Shown here: positions 41,001-49,553 of the stretch, piece after piece
Numbering within the stretch: the stretch's first letter is position 1
Layout: every line of letters starts with the position of its first letter
Origin: a virus
Lineage: Duplodnaviria > Caudoviricetes
DNA: 58,848 bases
Strand: one strand, 5' to 3'
Virus record (IMG/VR): IMGVR_UViG_3300045974_000247
Coordinates: 1 to 58,848 of that record
Notes under the pieces: model-generated
What the model was told of the DNA's origin: nothing
What the model saw: only the letters and a program-made list of their open reading frames with translations
Database searches by the model: none
Position numbers and translations under genes: made by a program

Positions 41001-41488
41001 CCCCGGGCACTGTGCTCGATAGCTTGAGCGGCACGCCCCAGCCGAGCGTCGTGACGGAGGCTCTCTCAGGCGCGGGGCAAGCCACAGGCGTGGTCGTGGA
41101 TACGCAGCTCCGCGATGGGCAGACGGTGGTGGGGGCCTTCCCCGCGCTGCCTGGCCTCAGCATCGCGCTCACGCGCATCCCCCTGTACAAGACCTACGTG
41201 GGGACCTCGGTGACCGGGCATGAGACTCGACACGCGCGCCAGGGAAGCCCCCGGTACAGGTACTCGCTGGAGATGGAGATGCTCCGCAAGAACCTGACGG
41301 TGGATGAGGCCCAGCAGCTCGCTGACTTCATCATGGCCCAGCTCGGGCGGTATGGGCGCTTCACTTTCTTCGACCCCTACGACAACCAGCCGCGCACCTG
41401 CCGCTTCGACACAGACGAGACCACCTTTGAGCGACTGGTCTCGGACATCTGGCAAGTGCGGGCCCTCGACATCATCACGGTGAAGTAG
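35033..41488 (+). CDS. Giant tail protein (2151 aa) with C-terminal DUF2460/Dit-like domain
   Basis: Beta-rich modules with D/A/V linkers; M14-peptidase-like segment; ends with FPALPGL..R.P...T...SVTG.E.R...PRY.Y.L...G....F.F.DP.D. Confidence 0.75.
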   Translation: MAGSFIGAGATVTGAGVTSLSVPVPSGNSGDLLYLQTSLSVASTPAGWTVVVAGQLYRKTATAASEGNVALATLDGDYFGGEDWTVYNSSARVTRWRGIDAAPLGSQIQLVAQTVDIVFTFTQLAAGRAVLVFFNTPWDSITPGTTCSGKYNGVAFEGSVALAGSTISKAGAAYTLSCAAGTSSNQLRLSANGDTYATIVWHNVPAGSSTYTHEGADAGVAQDAVADSIHQAVTTEVVTDVAVVKESETDTAPQHAGLVSYNVKAGNGVLEYATLPSGLQAGDVVIAIDPGVLMAGAFSGWSQATCSPTSGNGSYFQWRRYTGVGEERIYANVPSGQQLIQIALRGVPLTGTIVSGSTQRVGGVGASGSVAGFLVKSGAPLIAFLSDYKSSNVTLPPTPTGPVTTKIAEGIGSVGQYSWSLYLDFASATGVVGAESYSGTSSNLNLRYIGLVMAADSYSDAATDTSVAADAVADTFHDVNVSEVVADVAQAKEAPPADPERDHVPGPLSEVVTGAATAPGVVVTQAPAVQLDPLVGCYGGGDAYSGEVKGKFTSPTDGYIGRRRQLGKAVSPDARGDRALFFVPRAQVPKDGSGTVGRATLILTPVTVGTYDASDPVAGTLAKVQAAPASLNPNTCTLEDVLSAALSGDYGTFAMRALWSDGDPVVTRVGPGVTGSVGPVWLCGGRGYFTTLKARPQNPWEINLTSLVNARVAAGQDIAAVLDFSPSGRADTKVVAEFYGQAVPELRPRLEVDPFGASDLVFSDLDTCTPTLSVTTPAGATLKEIAWGYDSSCEQGYTTGVTKVDHFKDFSPYEFPMLETSARVFVKVTLDYGGPDRTVTFERSFFTPKSHRPKMLAKDSTGIGLSAARSLHPYISHPAGVSTLWAQLNSASSFTIWGHTSQPVTIDENTGARGYNFGQSAGRGSIGGDSWQDIGGCFTDWATAAHYTMLSNLRTADSRYNVVLYRTTGAFSYAWNIWDMIYIGPDFSVGTSADVGVGGLTFAAPLDGRLFATTRAEDWRKGAPSPSLTSMLVAFVGDGKLYVYSSRSYDAKGFALAGNIWTLEIGPTGSGAATVVDVNPDAEVAFLHGLTRDRQHRTILVARTSSGNCVLGSRTDDVITTASDGSAPTTTPGTWTTRSVPNFAQAYMGSPGIKLTGVADEPDFETASLVLVRPAAPHMEFLRIDSLNPGKPDGRSSTNLNTSHSSSEAVMCNPPPWGPYDAPNTISPNTQWYDGRLVDDWPACTQVIMRTAHGGAMGFDLSGGKLRAQRIYDRARLSEISSIDAPTGATTIRVISERAPEGAEVAVMVGGGAGAWAMFTVTAGMDISRIDAPTPDLKWRLTTGTLEAGTNVVLQQDSGLRGLTKLPGYNTFGATWQWDSWSAVPAGLMNHAGTAKVKVLGGKGQSVRLKITNTSLGGGAWIDGTFYPYGYEPHIGYTGSPELIGGLEFPMIRWQAWYISQDGGKTFDRCYATQWIPCGESPSNGEVIIQTPTLTGDEVWICKEAPNDYETWQLKVTEVLSRAANPLDTAYHKVKCVASNGDLLYLGSDPAKIGQPVSQVETDGVRKLVTWEPNLPGNATGVGCDNWKGMLIDWEFADGGKPRAEKSLIVCYGDDDASEQGPGRNLLFMIDFLLSGAVRARSLLKKFSFLFIPMSSQAGVKYGQARFALDGIGSGGSYDHVTPAQWVTGSQYRVWGGGSRIGEFVITAAQEEWRSSMPVERQADAVFCETSWHADTHNRDAATPLVPPFLVVGFPGFATPEAGVAAFNTRYLPTVWPEVHARQTGYSSPVTPGSTNFTLELPWNGPSPKLTFWGADDSAKNWAAAFLDGISIAGGAFDVYDETGEDASIASDVVKDQLIFTEAPAGAAKGPATATDQAIGRETPAERVVAPDSSVAQMQAAEVAAQAAQSREQASAGLSLTDVTAGGAQAGDVAEAHPAYTEAPAGGAQTGDSTGASRVAPEAPSGAGQAPGAVTGALTGVAAPSGAAQAPGTVLDSLSGTPQPSVVTEALSGAGQATGVVVDTQLRDGQTVVGAFPALPGLSIALTRIPLYKTYVGTSVTGHETRHARQGSPRYRYSLEMEMLRKNLTVDEAQQLADFIMAQLGRYGRFTFFDPYDNQPRTCRFDTDETTFERLVSDIWQVRALDIITVK

Positions 41489-41490
41489 CC

Positions 41491-41844
41491 ATGGCCCAGT
41501 TCCCTACGCTGCACGCAACGATCAACGTCAGGCGCACCCTCGTGCACGCCACGTCCCTGTACGAAGGGGACTCCGGAAAGGAGCAGGCCACGTCGTGGCT
41601 CGCGGCCCCGCGCGTGAAGTACGAACTGGAGATTGAGTTTCTCGATGCGACTCAGGGGCAGGACATGGAGGTGTTGCTCGCCTTCGTGGACGCGCACCGG
41701 GGCAGGCTGGGGAGGTTCACGTACACGGACGAGTGGGATGGGCAGGACCGCTGGGTGCGTCTCGACATGGACGACCTGGCCTATGAGCGCTTCATGTCGA
41801 AGCTCTGGACGATTACCACGCTGACGCTCCTCACGGTGTCCTGA
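41491..41844 (+). CDS. DUF2460-like distal tail protein
   Basis: FP.L, SGKE....W...PR.KYEL, F..H.GR...F.Y.D; paralog of the preceding C-terminus. Confidence 0.75.
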   Translation: MAQFPTLHATINVRRTLVHATSLYEGDSGKEQATSWLAAPRVKYELEIEFLDATQGQDMEVLLAFVDAHRGRLGRFTYTDEWDGQDRWVRLDMDDLAYERFMSKLWTITTLTLLTVS

Positions 41845-42695
41845 TGAAGACCGCATCTCCCACGCTCGTTGCGTACCTCCAGGCGAACAACACCGCGTTC
41901 ATCGCGGAGTTGTTCCGCTTCACCCTCCACGACGGGTCCGTGCTCCGCTGGACCACGTATGACTCCGACCTGCTGGGCTACTCCTCCGATGGGCCGGTGA
42001 TCGCCTACGAAGGCGGGGTGCTCCGTCAGACGGTGGGCTCCGAGACTTCGACGCTGGACGTGCTGCTCGGGGTCGCGCCTTCCTTCCGGCTCCCCAACGG
42101 CAAGCGCCTCCCCGCCGCAGCGGCCGCAGGGGACTTCGACGGCGCAGACGTTCAGATTGACCGGGTGTACATGGCGACCCCCGGGGACACCTCCATGGGC
42201 ATCGTGCCCTGGTTCACGGGCATCGTGGGGCCGGTCCGACCCGCCTCCACGGGGGTCGTGCTGACGATCAACAGCGCGCTCGACAAGATGAACCGCAAGC
42301 TCCCCCGCCGGGTGTTCTCGCCCACGTGCCCGTTCAGCATCTACGATGCCGCGTGCGGGCTCGCGCGGACCTACACCAGCGGAGCCGTCCTCACGTCCGG
42401 GAGCACGGTCAACGCGGTGTCGGTGAACGTCGCCACGGGCTTCTGGGCGCGCGGGTCCATCGAGTTCCTCTCCGGTGTCTGCGTGGGCGTGCACCGGACC
42501 GTGTCGTTGCAGTCCTCGGTGGCGGGCGGGCTCCGCTTGCAGTTCAACGTGCCGCTCCCCTTCGCGCCGTCGCAAGGCGACTTGCTCCAGCTCCTCCCGG
42601 GCTGCGACAAGACGTATGCCGCGTGCATCGCCCACGCCAACCAGACGCGCTTCGGGGGCTTCCCCTTCGTGCCCAAGCCGGAGTCTGTCCGATGA
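41844..42695 (+). CDS. DUF2163/BR0599-like tail hub protein (GTA-type)
   Basis: G.FDGA, C...IYD..CG, PGCDKT...C...N..RFGGFPFVP. Confidence 0.88.
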   Translation: MKTASPTLVAYLQANNTAFIAELFRFTLHDGSVLRWTTYDSDLLGYSSDGPVIAYEGGVLRQTVGSETSTLDVLLGVAPSFRLPNGKRLPAAAAAGDFDGADVQIDRVYMATPGDTSMGIVPWFTGIVGPVRPASTGVVLTINSALDKMNRKLPRRVFSPTCPFSIYDAACGLARTYTSGAVLTSGSTVNAVSVNVATGFWARGSIEFLSGVCVGVHRTVSLQSSVAGGLRLQFNVPLPFAPSQGDLLQLLPGCDKTYAACIAHANQTRFGGFPFVPKPESVR

Positions 42696-43168
42696 GCCCG
42701 GAGGTTGAGCTAGCCATACCGCCCCACGAGGTGGAGGCCATGCAGCGCAGGGCCGTGGTCGAGGAGGCGCTGACCTGGCTCGGCACTCCCTGGCACCACG
42801 CGGCTCGAGCCAAGGGCCACGGCGTGGACTGCGGACAGTTCCTCATCGGGGTGTTCGCCAACGCGGGGGTCATCGAGTCGTTCCAGGTCCCCCACTATCC
42901 GCAGGACTGGGCGCTGCACCGGGGCAGCGAGGTCTTCCTGGGCATCGTGGAGCGGTACGCGCGGGAGCGCGTGGTTGGGTGCCCTCGCCCGGGGGACGTG
43001 CTGCTGTTCAAGTATGGCCGCTGTCTGTCGCACGCAGCGCTCGTGGTGACGTACCCGCGCATCATCCACGCCTACCTGGGCGCAGCGGGAGTGGTGCTCG
43101 ACGACGTGGTTGCCAATGCTGATCTCGCCACGCGCTACATCGGTGCGTGGAGCTGTTGGAGGGCGTGA
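42692..43168 (+). CDS. NlpC/P60 tail-associated peptidase
   Basis: A..WLGTPWHH, GVDC, PGD.LLF, H.A, IIHA. Confidence 0.9.
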   Translation: MSPEVELAIPPHEVEAMQRRAVVEEALTWLGTPWHHAARAKGHGVDCGQFLIGVFANAGVIESFQVPHYPQDWALHRGSEVFLGIVERYARERVVGCPRPGDVLLFKYGRCLSHAALVVTYPRIIHAYLGAAGVVLDDVVANADLATRYIGAWSCWRA

Positions 43169-46100
43169 TGGGTGGCGGGGCAAAGGTCGCTGAGATTGCT
43201 GGGGAAGACATCTTCGGGATGCAGCTGGGCACCTCATGCTACGGTGACCCGGTGCCCATTGTCTACGGACGCAACCGGCTCGCCGGCAACATCATCTGGA
43301 TGCCCACGGAGTTCTGGGAGCGGGTTCCCGGAGACCAGGCTGGCGCGGGCAAGGGAGGCGACTCCGGAGCGGGCTCTCAGGACACGTACTACCAGGGGCT
43401 GATGATCGCGCTCTGCGAGGGCCCCGTGCTCGCGCTGGGCGGTGTCTGGCGGGACAAGGACTACTTCCCTGACCTGGCTGCGTTCGCGGAGTCGGGAGCG
43501 GGCCCGCTCGTGGCCGCGCTCGGGGGCAGGCCGCAGACCGTCTGGGACTTTCTCCTCTCCACCCCCGCCACGCGGGTCCAGGGGCTGCGCTTCGTGGTGC
43601 CGTCCAACGCCACGTATGAGATTGTGGACCCGTACTTTCACGACATGGAGACGCGCCCTGACCCGCGCGTGCCCGCCTCCAACCACCTGACCGTGTACAT
43701 GGAGCGCGGCATCATGTGGGTGGGAACCAACACGGCTGACCAGTACTGGTTCACCATCACGCCGCAACCGGGTGTCGGAGCCACGCTGACGTTCTCGGCC
43801 AACCTCATCGGTCGGACCGTGGCGATCAGCTACAACCAGCAGCCTGACTACACCAGGTATGGCCTCGCCTACTCCGGCACGGCGCACGTGGACTCCCCGC
43901 GCTTCGCGCTGGGCAACTCCAACTCGATGAAGAACCTGTCGTTTGAGGTGATGGGGTTTCTCAACTCCGGGGCGGGAGCGGACCCGGCATCGGTCATCCT
44001 CGACCTGTTGACCAACGCCTACTACGGGTGCGAGTGGCCGACCTCGATGGTCGAGGTGGACAAGGGGCAAGATGGGCTGACTCAGTCGGGCTACAGGACA
44101 TATTGCGCCGCGATGAACTTCGTGGTGTCTCCGATGTTCCAGGAGCAGAAGCCCGTCATGGAGCACGTGGCGGAGGTGCTGCGCGCGACCAACTCCGAGA
44201 TGGTCTGGTCGGAGGGCAAACTCAAGGTCATCCCGTTGGGCGACACGGCGGTGGGCGGCTTCGTGCCGTTCCTACAGCCGATGTTCGATGTCCTCCCCGT
44301 CCACCTTCGCCCCCTCTCAGGCGACGTGGTGGACGGGGTGGCCGGGGGGCCCATCACCATCGAGCGCGTGCGCGAGAGCGACACGTACAACGACTGGCCC
44401 GTGGAGTACATCCAGGCCGTGGGCGCGGACCCCTCCAGCGGGTACAACACCAACGTCACTTCGGGCATCGACCAGGCCGACGTGGAGTTGACGGGTGAGA
44501 CGCGCTCCCACGATCCGGAGCAGCTCCACTGCATCACGAGCGCGGAGCACGCTCAGGTCATCTCCAAGCTGTTCGCGCAGCGCTCGTGCTACGTGCGCAA
44601 CACCTACACGCTCAAGTTGGGGCTCCAGTTCGGACTGCTGGAGGCGTTCGACATCGTCACCATCACCGACCCGCTGCTGGGCTTCGACCGACTCCCCGTC
44701 CGCATCCGCACGATTGAGGAGGACCCGGTTGAGCAGCAGATCACCATCACGGCAGAGGACTGCCTCATCGGGGTTGCCCAGGCAGCGGCGCACTCGACCA
44801 CCGCCGGAGAGGGCGTGGGGCAGGACTACGGGTCCGACCCCTTCATCGCGAACAGGCCCATCATCTTCGCACCTCCGCTCACGGCCACGGAGTCGGGCAC
44901 CCCGGAGCTTTGGATTGCGACGAGTGGCATCGTCAAGGACTGGGGCGGCGCCAAGGTCTGGCTGTCCTGGGACGAGGGACAGAGCTACACGTACATGGGC
45001 GACATCCAGGGCGCGGTGTATGGGGCCCTGACGGATGCCTGCACGGCGGGGCCGCTCCTCGACTCGACCACGGTGCTGGGCGTGGACGTGCGCGCGAGCA
45101 AGGGCGCGCTGACGACCTACAACCAGAGTGACTTCGACGCCAAGGTGTCCGCGTGCTGGCTGGACGGGGAGGTCATCGCCTTCCGCGATGCTGCGCTCCA
45201 GGGGGACGGGTCCTACCACCTCACGCAGCTCGCGCGCGGATGCCGTGGGACGCTCCCGGCTTCGCATGACCTCGGGGCCTCCTTCCTGCTCCTGAACCGC
45301 AACGTCCTCCGGGTGCCCATCGACCCCTCGCGCTTCGGACAGACGGTGTTCGTCAAGCTGACGAGCTACAACCTGACGCGCTCGGTGATGCAGTCCCTCT
45401 CCGCTGCCGCCGTCAACACGTACATCCTCCCCGGCCAGCGCCAGACGCTCGACACCGCCGACTCGCTCAAGCTCTCCTTCGATGACTTCGTGCGCGAGGA
45501 CTGGGACGTGCTCGTCGGCAGCGGCGTGCCCTCGCTGACGACCGGCGGCATCGATGGGGGGCGCGCGCTCCGGGTGCAAGGTGACCTGGTCATCGCGCAC
45601 CGCACCCTCATTCCCGTGGACGTGGCCCGGCCCTACGGCCTGGCTGCGACGTTCCAGCAAGTCGCCAACCCCACGACTGGGGGGCGCGGCTTCTGGGCTG
45701 GCCTCGCTGGCGTCGGAGCGGATGGCGTGACCCCCGTCAACGCCAGCGGCGCTGCGGACTGGATCAACGGTCAGCACATGCTCGCGGTGGGCGATGTAGA
45801 CCCGGGGACCTGGCACGGGCTCCTGGGCTACTGGGCGGGCCGCGCGACCCCCGGCTCCCAGGCCGGGCCAGCGAGCGGCCCGGGGGCCTTCCACGCCAAC
45901 GTGCGCTACGTGCGCCTGCTCCTCGGGTTCAACCGCACGGCGGGGGACGGGACGCAGGACATCGACAGCGTGTCGGTGTACGATGCCACGGGAGACATCG
46001 CCATCGCGCAGGCAGGGGCCGGGTCGAGCGGCTTGTCGTCCCACCTGACCAACGAGGGCATCACGCTCCCCGCAACCTCCGGAGGGGTCGTGACCTCGGG

Positions 46101-47661
46101 CCTCCCGCTCACGACCACGATGAAGGTGACGCGCGGCATCGCGGACGACACGGGATGGGCCTTCACCGCGAGCATCAACCCCTCAGGCGCGGCAGCGTTC
46201 TCGTGCGACTCCTCGACCGGTGTGCTCCAGGTGACGACCTTCCCCGCTGGGGTGGACTACGCAGAGATCACCATCACCGCCACCAAGGTCGGCAACCCGA
46301 CGCTCACGCGGAAGTTCGCCATGGCCAAGGCGCGAGCGGGGGCCCCCGGGACTGACGGAGCCCCCGGAGCTACCGGGCCGCAGGGTGCCCAGGGTACGCA
46401 GGGGCCGGCAGGCTCCAACGGGCAGGCAACCTACTTCCACGTGGCCTACGCCAACAGCGCAGATGGCGTGACCGGGTTCAACCAGGTCGCTGGTGCGTAC
46501 ATCGGGACCTACGTGGACAACACGTTGGCTGACTCCAGCAGCCCCTCCGCGTACACGTGGCGGCTCTTCCAGGGCGCGCAGGGACCGGCGGGCACCAACG
46601 GCATCCCGGGACAGAACGGAACTGACGGACAGACCAGCTACCTGCACATCAAGTACAGCAACGATGGCGGCGTCAACTTCACGGGGCACTCCGGCGAGGA
46701 CCCGGGCACTTGGTTGGGTCAGTGCGTGGACTTCAACCTCGCTGACCCGACCAGCGTGTCGGCGTACACGTGGAGTCTGATCCAGGGTCCGCAAGGTCCG
46801 CAGGGCCCCCAGGGACCTCAGGGTGTCGCGGGCCAGGCGAGCACGCGCGGCAGTCGCTGGTTCTACTTGACGCTGGGCACCCCCGGATGGGACGCGGGGG
46901 CAGCGACCACCGCAGCCTCTGTCGCTGGTGGGCCCATCGCGGGGGACACGGTCGTGGAGTCGTGGGCGGCAGGCGCGCAGACGGGAGTGTACAACGGCGC
47001 TGGCTGGGACCAGGTGATGCAGGTCATCGACGGGTCCGTGGTCGTCAACGGCACGCTCAGCGCGGACAAGCTCGTGAGCCAGCTCGCTGTGACCCAGATC
47101 ATCCGCTCCTCCGTGATCAAGGATAGCGCGGGGAACACGGTCACCCCCGTGCTCAACGGCTCGGAGGACCCGGTGCTGGGGACTGGGTTCATGCTGCGCG
47201 GGGACCGCGTGGGCGCCAACGCTACGAAGCCCGTGGCCTACTTCGCGCCCAGCGGCATCCGAGTGGGCAGCAAGACGATGAACGAAGCGTGGTTTGCGAA
47301 GCAGATCATCGGGTTCGGGCACTACACTTGGCAGGGGGGCTACCCGTCCACGAACAACGGCAACGTGATCCTGTCCCCGACGTTGTCGCGGGTGATGATC
47401 TATGACCCCCAGGTCGGGGCGAACATGCCCGTGCTCCGCATCACTTCCAGCCTCGGGCTCGGCTCCCAGGTCATGGCCGTTGTCACGCCCAACGGGTTCA
47501 ACAACGTGGGCACGGACATGCGCATCTACACGGCGGCGTTGAACTACATCGACATCCTCGTGGTCGCCGCAGCAGACGGCGCGTGGATTGAGCCCAACAA
47601 CTACAACGTGAGCTTCTCGTTGATGGTCCTCTGGTACGGGTCTGGGGGTATCGCATGGTGA
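43168..47661 (+). CDS. Central tail tip / host-specificity protein with collagen-like repeats
   Basis: YG.PVPIVYG.NR..GN.IW, ALCEGP, L.RG..GT...H, G-X-Y runs near the C-terminus. Confidence 0.88.
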   Translation: MGGGAKVAEIAGEDIFGMQLGTSCYGDPVPIVYGRNRLAGNIIWMPTEFWERVPGDQAGAGKGGDSGAGSQDTYYQGLMIALCEGPVLALGGVWRDKDYFPDLAAFAESGAGPLVAALGGRPQTVWDFLLSTPATRVQGLRFVVPSNATYEIVDPYFHDMETRPDPRVPASNHLTVYMERGIMWVGTNTADQYWFTITPQPGVGATLTFSANLIGRTVAISYNQQPDYTRYGLAYSGTAHVDSPRFALGNSNSMKNLSFEVMGFLNSGAGADPASVILDLLTNAYYGCEWPTSMVEVDKGQDGLTQSGYRTYCAAMNFVVSPMFQEQKPVMEHVAEVLRATNSEMVWSEGKLKVIPLGDTAVGGFVPFLQPMFDVLPVHLRPLSGDVVDGVAGGPITIERVRESDTYNDWPVEYIQAVGADPSSGYNTNVTSGIDQADVELTGETRSHDPEQLHCITSAEHAQVISKLFAQRSCYVRNTYTLKLGLQFGLLEAFDIVTITDPLLGFDRLPVRIRTIEEDPVEQQITITAEDCLIGVAQAAAHSTTAGEGVGQDYGSDPFIANRPIIFAPPLTATESGTPELWIATSGIVKDWGGAKVWLSWDEGQSYTYMGDIQGAVYGALTDACTAGPLLDSTTVLGVDVRASKGALTTYNQSDFDAKVSACWLDGEVIAFRDAALQGDGSYHLTQLARGCRGTLPASHDLGASFLLLNRNVLRVPIDPSRFGQTVFVKLTSYNLTRSVMQSLSAAAVNTYILPGQRQTLDTADSLKLSFDDFVREDWDVLVGSGVPSLTTGGIDGGRALRVQGDLVIAHRTLIPVDVARPYGLAATFQQVANPTTGGRGFWAGLAGVGADGVTPVNASGAADWINGQHMLAVGDVDPGTWHGLLGYWAGRATPGSQAGPASGPGAFHANVRYVRLLLGFNRTAGDGTQDIDSVSVYDATGDIAIAQAGAGSSGLSSHLTNEGITLPATSGGVVTSGLPLTTTMKVTRGIADDTGWAFTASINPSGAAAFSCDSSTGVLQVTTFPAGVDYAEITITATKVGNPTLTRKFAMAKARAGAPGTDGAPGATGPQGAQGTQGPAGSNGQATYFHVAYANSADGVTGFNQVAGAYIGTYVDNTLADSSSPSAYTWRLFQGAQGPAGTNGIPGQNGTDGQTSYLHIKYSNDGGVNFTGHSGEDPGTWLGQCVDFNLADPTSVSAYTWSLIQGPQGPQGPQGPQGVAGQASTRGSRWFYLTLGTPGWDAGAATTAASVAGGPIAGDTVVESWAAGAQTGVYNGAGWDQVMQVIDGSVVVNGTLSADKLVSQLAVTQIIRSSVIKDSAGNTVTPVLNGSEDPVLGTGFMLRGDRVGANATKPVAYFAPSGIRVGSKTMNEAWFAKQIIGFGHYTWQGGYPSTNNGNVILSPTLSRVMIYDPQVGANMPVLRITSSLGLGSQVMAVVTPNGFNNVGTDMRIYTAALNYIDILVVAAADGAWIEPNNYNVSFSLMVLWYGSGGIAW

Positions 47662-47897
47662 GGTACTTGGTCGTGGCGGCGTTGGCGCTGGCTGGCTGCG
47701 GGGGGTCGGTGGCTCCTTGCTACAACTTCGGGGAGATCAGGTGCAGTGCGGACCGGGGCACGGTGGAGCAGTGCTCGGAGAGCGCGACGTGGGAGCTGGC
47801 CACGACCTGCCCCCCGGGCCTGTCCTGCGCTCCGGTGGCCGTGGCCGCTCCGGAGCTTGGGCTGGTCTTCACGGACCTGCGCTGCGTGGCGCCATGA
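47655..47897 (+). CDS. Cys-rich lipoprotein
   Basis: Signal peptide with lipobox LAGC; C...E.RC......QC....W....C..G..C. Confidence 0.75.
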   Translation: MVRYLVVAALALAGCGGSVAPCYNFGEIRCSADRGTVEQCSESATWELATTCPPGLSCAPVAVAAPELGLVFTDLRCVAP

Positions 47898-48361
47898 CTG
47901 ACTACGACATCCAGCGCATCACCGACACCTTCCTCCTCGCGCTCGTGGTCTGGCGCGAGGCGCGCGGGGAGCCGCACGACTGCCGCGTGGCCGTGGCGTG
48001 CTCCATCCTCAACCGGGTCAAGCGCCCCTCGTGGTGGGGCTCGGATGTCCAGGGGGTCGTCACGAAGAAGTGGCAGTACAGCTCGATGACCGCGCCCAAC
48101 GACCCGCAGCTCACGAAGTTCCCCGCGCGCTCGGACACTACGTGGCTCGACTGCATGACCATCGCTGACGACGTGCTGCGCGGTCGTGTCGTCCCCCCGT
48201 TTCCCGGAGCGGACAGCTACCATGACATCTCCATCCCCGCCCCCAACTGGGCAACGCCTGCCGCCTTCGTGGGGCAGCTCGGGCGCATCCGGTTCTTCAA
48301 CCTCGACAACGATGTCGAGGCCAACGCAGTACCTACTCAGGAGGGAATCACCCATGGCTGA
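47894..48361 (+). CDS. Endolysin, SleB/Hydrolase_2 cell wall hydrolase
   Basis: LA...W.EARGE.....AVA..I.NRV, V.....QYS, GA..Y, P.WA. Confidence 0.87.
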   Translation: MTDYDIQRITDTFLLALVVWREARGEPHDCRVAVACSILNRVKRPSWWGSDVQGVVTKKWQYSSMTAPNDPQLTKFPARSDTTWLDCMTIADDVLRGRVVPPFPGADSYHDISIPAPNWATPAAFVGQLGRIRFFNLDNDVEANAVPTQEGITHG

Positions 48362-48683
48362 CCCTGTCACGACCCCCGCTCCCGGAGCCGTCACCCCCGG
48401 AACCCAGACCAGCGAGTTCAAGGTGACCGTTGTCGCAACCATCCTCTCCATCCTCGCCACCGTCGTGCCGACGCTCATCTCCATCTTCGGGGACCTCCAG
48501 GCCAAGTTCCCCTCGTGGACCTGGGCGGGCCCGGTCCTCGGCATGCTCGGCATCATCGGCACCGTGCTGACCGCGCTCGGGTACCAGAGCACGCGCGCCC
48601 AGGTCAAGGAGGCAGCGAGCGCGGCGGGGGCGCAGGTGGCCGTGGCGCAGGTGGACGCAGCCGCTGCGAATCTCGGGAGGTGA
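48354..48683 (+). CDS. Putative holin
   Basis: Two TM helices, PG..TSEF N-terminus, directly after the endolysin. Confidence 0.7.
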   Translation: MADPVTTPAPGAVTPGTQTSEFKVTVVATILSILATVVPTLISIFGDLQAKFPSWTWAGPVLGMLGIIGTVLTALGYQSTRAQVKEAASAAGAQVAVAQVDAAAANLGR

Positions 48684-48685
48684 TC

Positions 48686-49057
48686 ATGCGCGTCACCGCC
48701 ATCGTCCTCGTGCTTGCGCTCCTCGCGCCCTACAGGGCGGTGGCGGATGACGCGGTGTACTCCGCGCCCTCCCCGGCCCCCACCAGCTACAGCAAGCTGA
48801 CGTGGGACTACGCGGGGCAGTTGACCGTGGGCTACTGGTACACGGGGGAGCAGGTGCAGAAGATTGACCTCAAGCTCCGGGTGCTGCAGCAACAGAACGA
48901 GTACCTCACGGACCGCGCAGCGCAAGAGTGCTTCGACAAGACCCAGGAAGCGAACAAGGAGATGATCAGCGGCTTCAGCGGGCTGTGGCTCGGCATCGGG
49001 CTCGGGGTTGTTGCCGGGCTCGTGGGGGGCTACTTCCTTGCGAGGGCCGTCAAGTGA
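48686..49057 (+). CDS. Secreted/membrane protein (possible spanin-like)
   Basis: Signal peptide, coiled coil, C-terminal TM helix. Confidence 0.55.
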   Translation: MRVTAIVLVLALLAPYRAVADDAVYSAPSPAPTSYSKLTWDYAGQLTVGYWYTGEQVQKIDLKLRVLQQQNEYLTDRAAQECFDKTQEANKEMISGFSGLWLGIGLGVVAGLVGGYFLARAVK

Positions 49058-49233
49058 GGCCGATCACCAGCCGTACTTACTGCACCAACTGCGGGCATCA
49101 CTGGGATGTTCACACAGACGAGGGTTGCGCCGCGCGACACAGTCGAGGGGGATTGTGCCCATGCAAGAGCAAGAAGGACACGAAGACGACAGCAGTCGAA
49201 CGCGGCACGGAAGGCGCAAGCAGGACACAGTAG
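49054..49233 (+). CDS. Small Cys/His-rich protein
   Basis: C..CGH...H....C......C.C; GTGA overlap. Confidence 0.5.
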   Translation: MRPITSRTYCTNCGHHWDVHTDEGCAARHSRGGLCPCKSKKDTKTTAVERGTEGASRTQ

Positions 49234-49268
49234 CTCAGCGGGGGGTCCGGGAGGGAGGCCTGGATGGC

Positions 49269-49553
49269 GTGGCGAGGGTTGTGGGCGCGTGGCGCGCGGG
49301 GAACCGGGCAGGCGATGACGTCATCAGGGAGCGCATCAAGGAGCGCAGCGCCTGGGCTCGGCACGGACTCCTCGGCCTCGTGCTCGGGGCACTCTTCGCA
49401 CAGCAGATGATGCGGGACCGGGCAGAGTTCGCGCAGCGCGAGCAGCGCGAGGGGCAGATGGCGCAGGCGTTCAACCGGCTGGCTGATGAGCTCAAGGAGT
49501 TCCGCAGGGACCTCCGCGCGACGTTGACGGGTCATCGAGAGGTGCCGCCATGA
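49269..49553 (+). CDS. Membrane protein
   Basis: One TM helix plus coiled coil; start uncertain. Confidence 0.5.
   Translation: MARVVGAWRAGNRAGDDVIRERIKERSAWARHGLLGLVLGALFAQQMMRDRAEFAQREQREGQMAQAFNRLADELKEFRRDLRATLTGHREVPP

Noticed and set aside
43168-47661. Diversity-generating retroelement or invertible tail cassette
   Set aside because: No reverse transcriptase, invertase or TR/VR duplicate recognised
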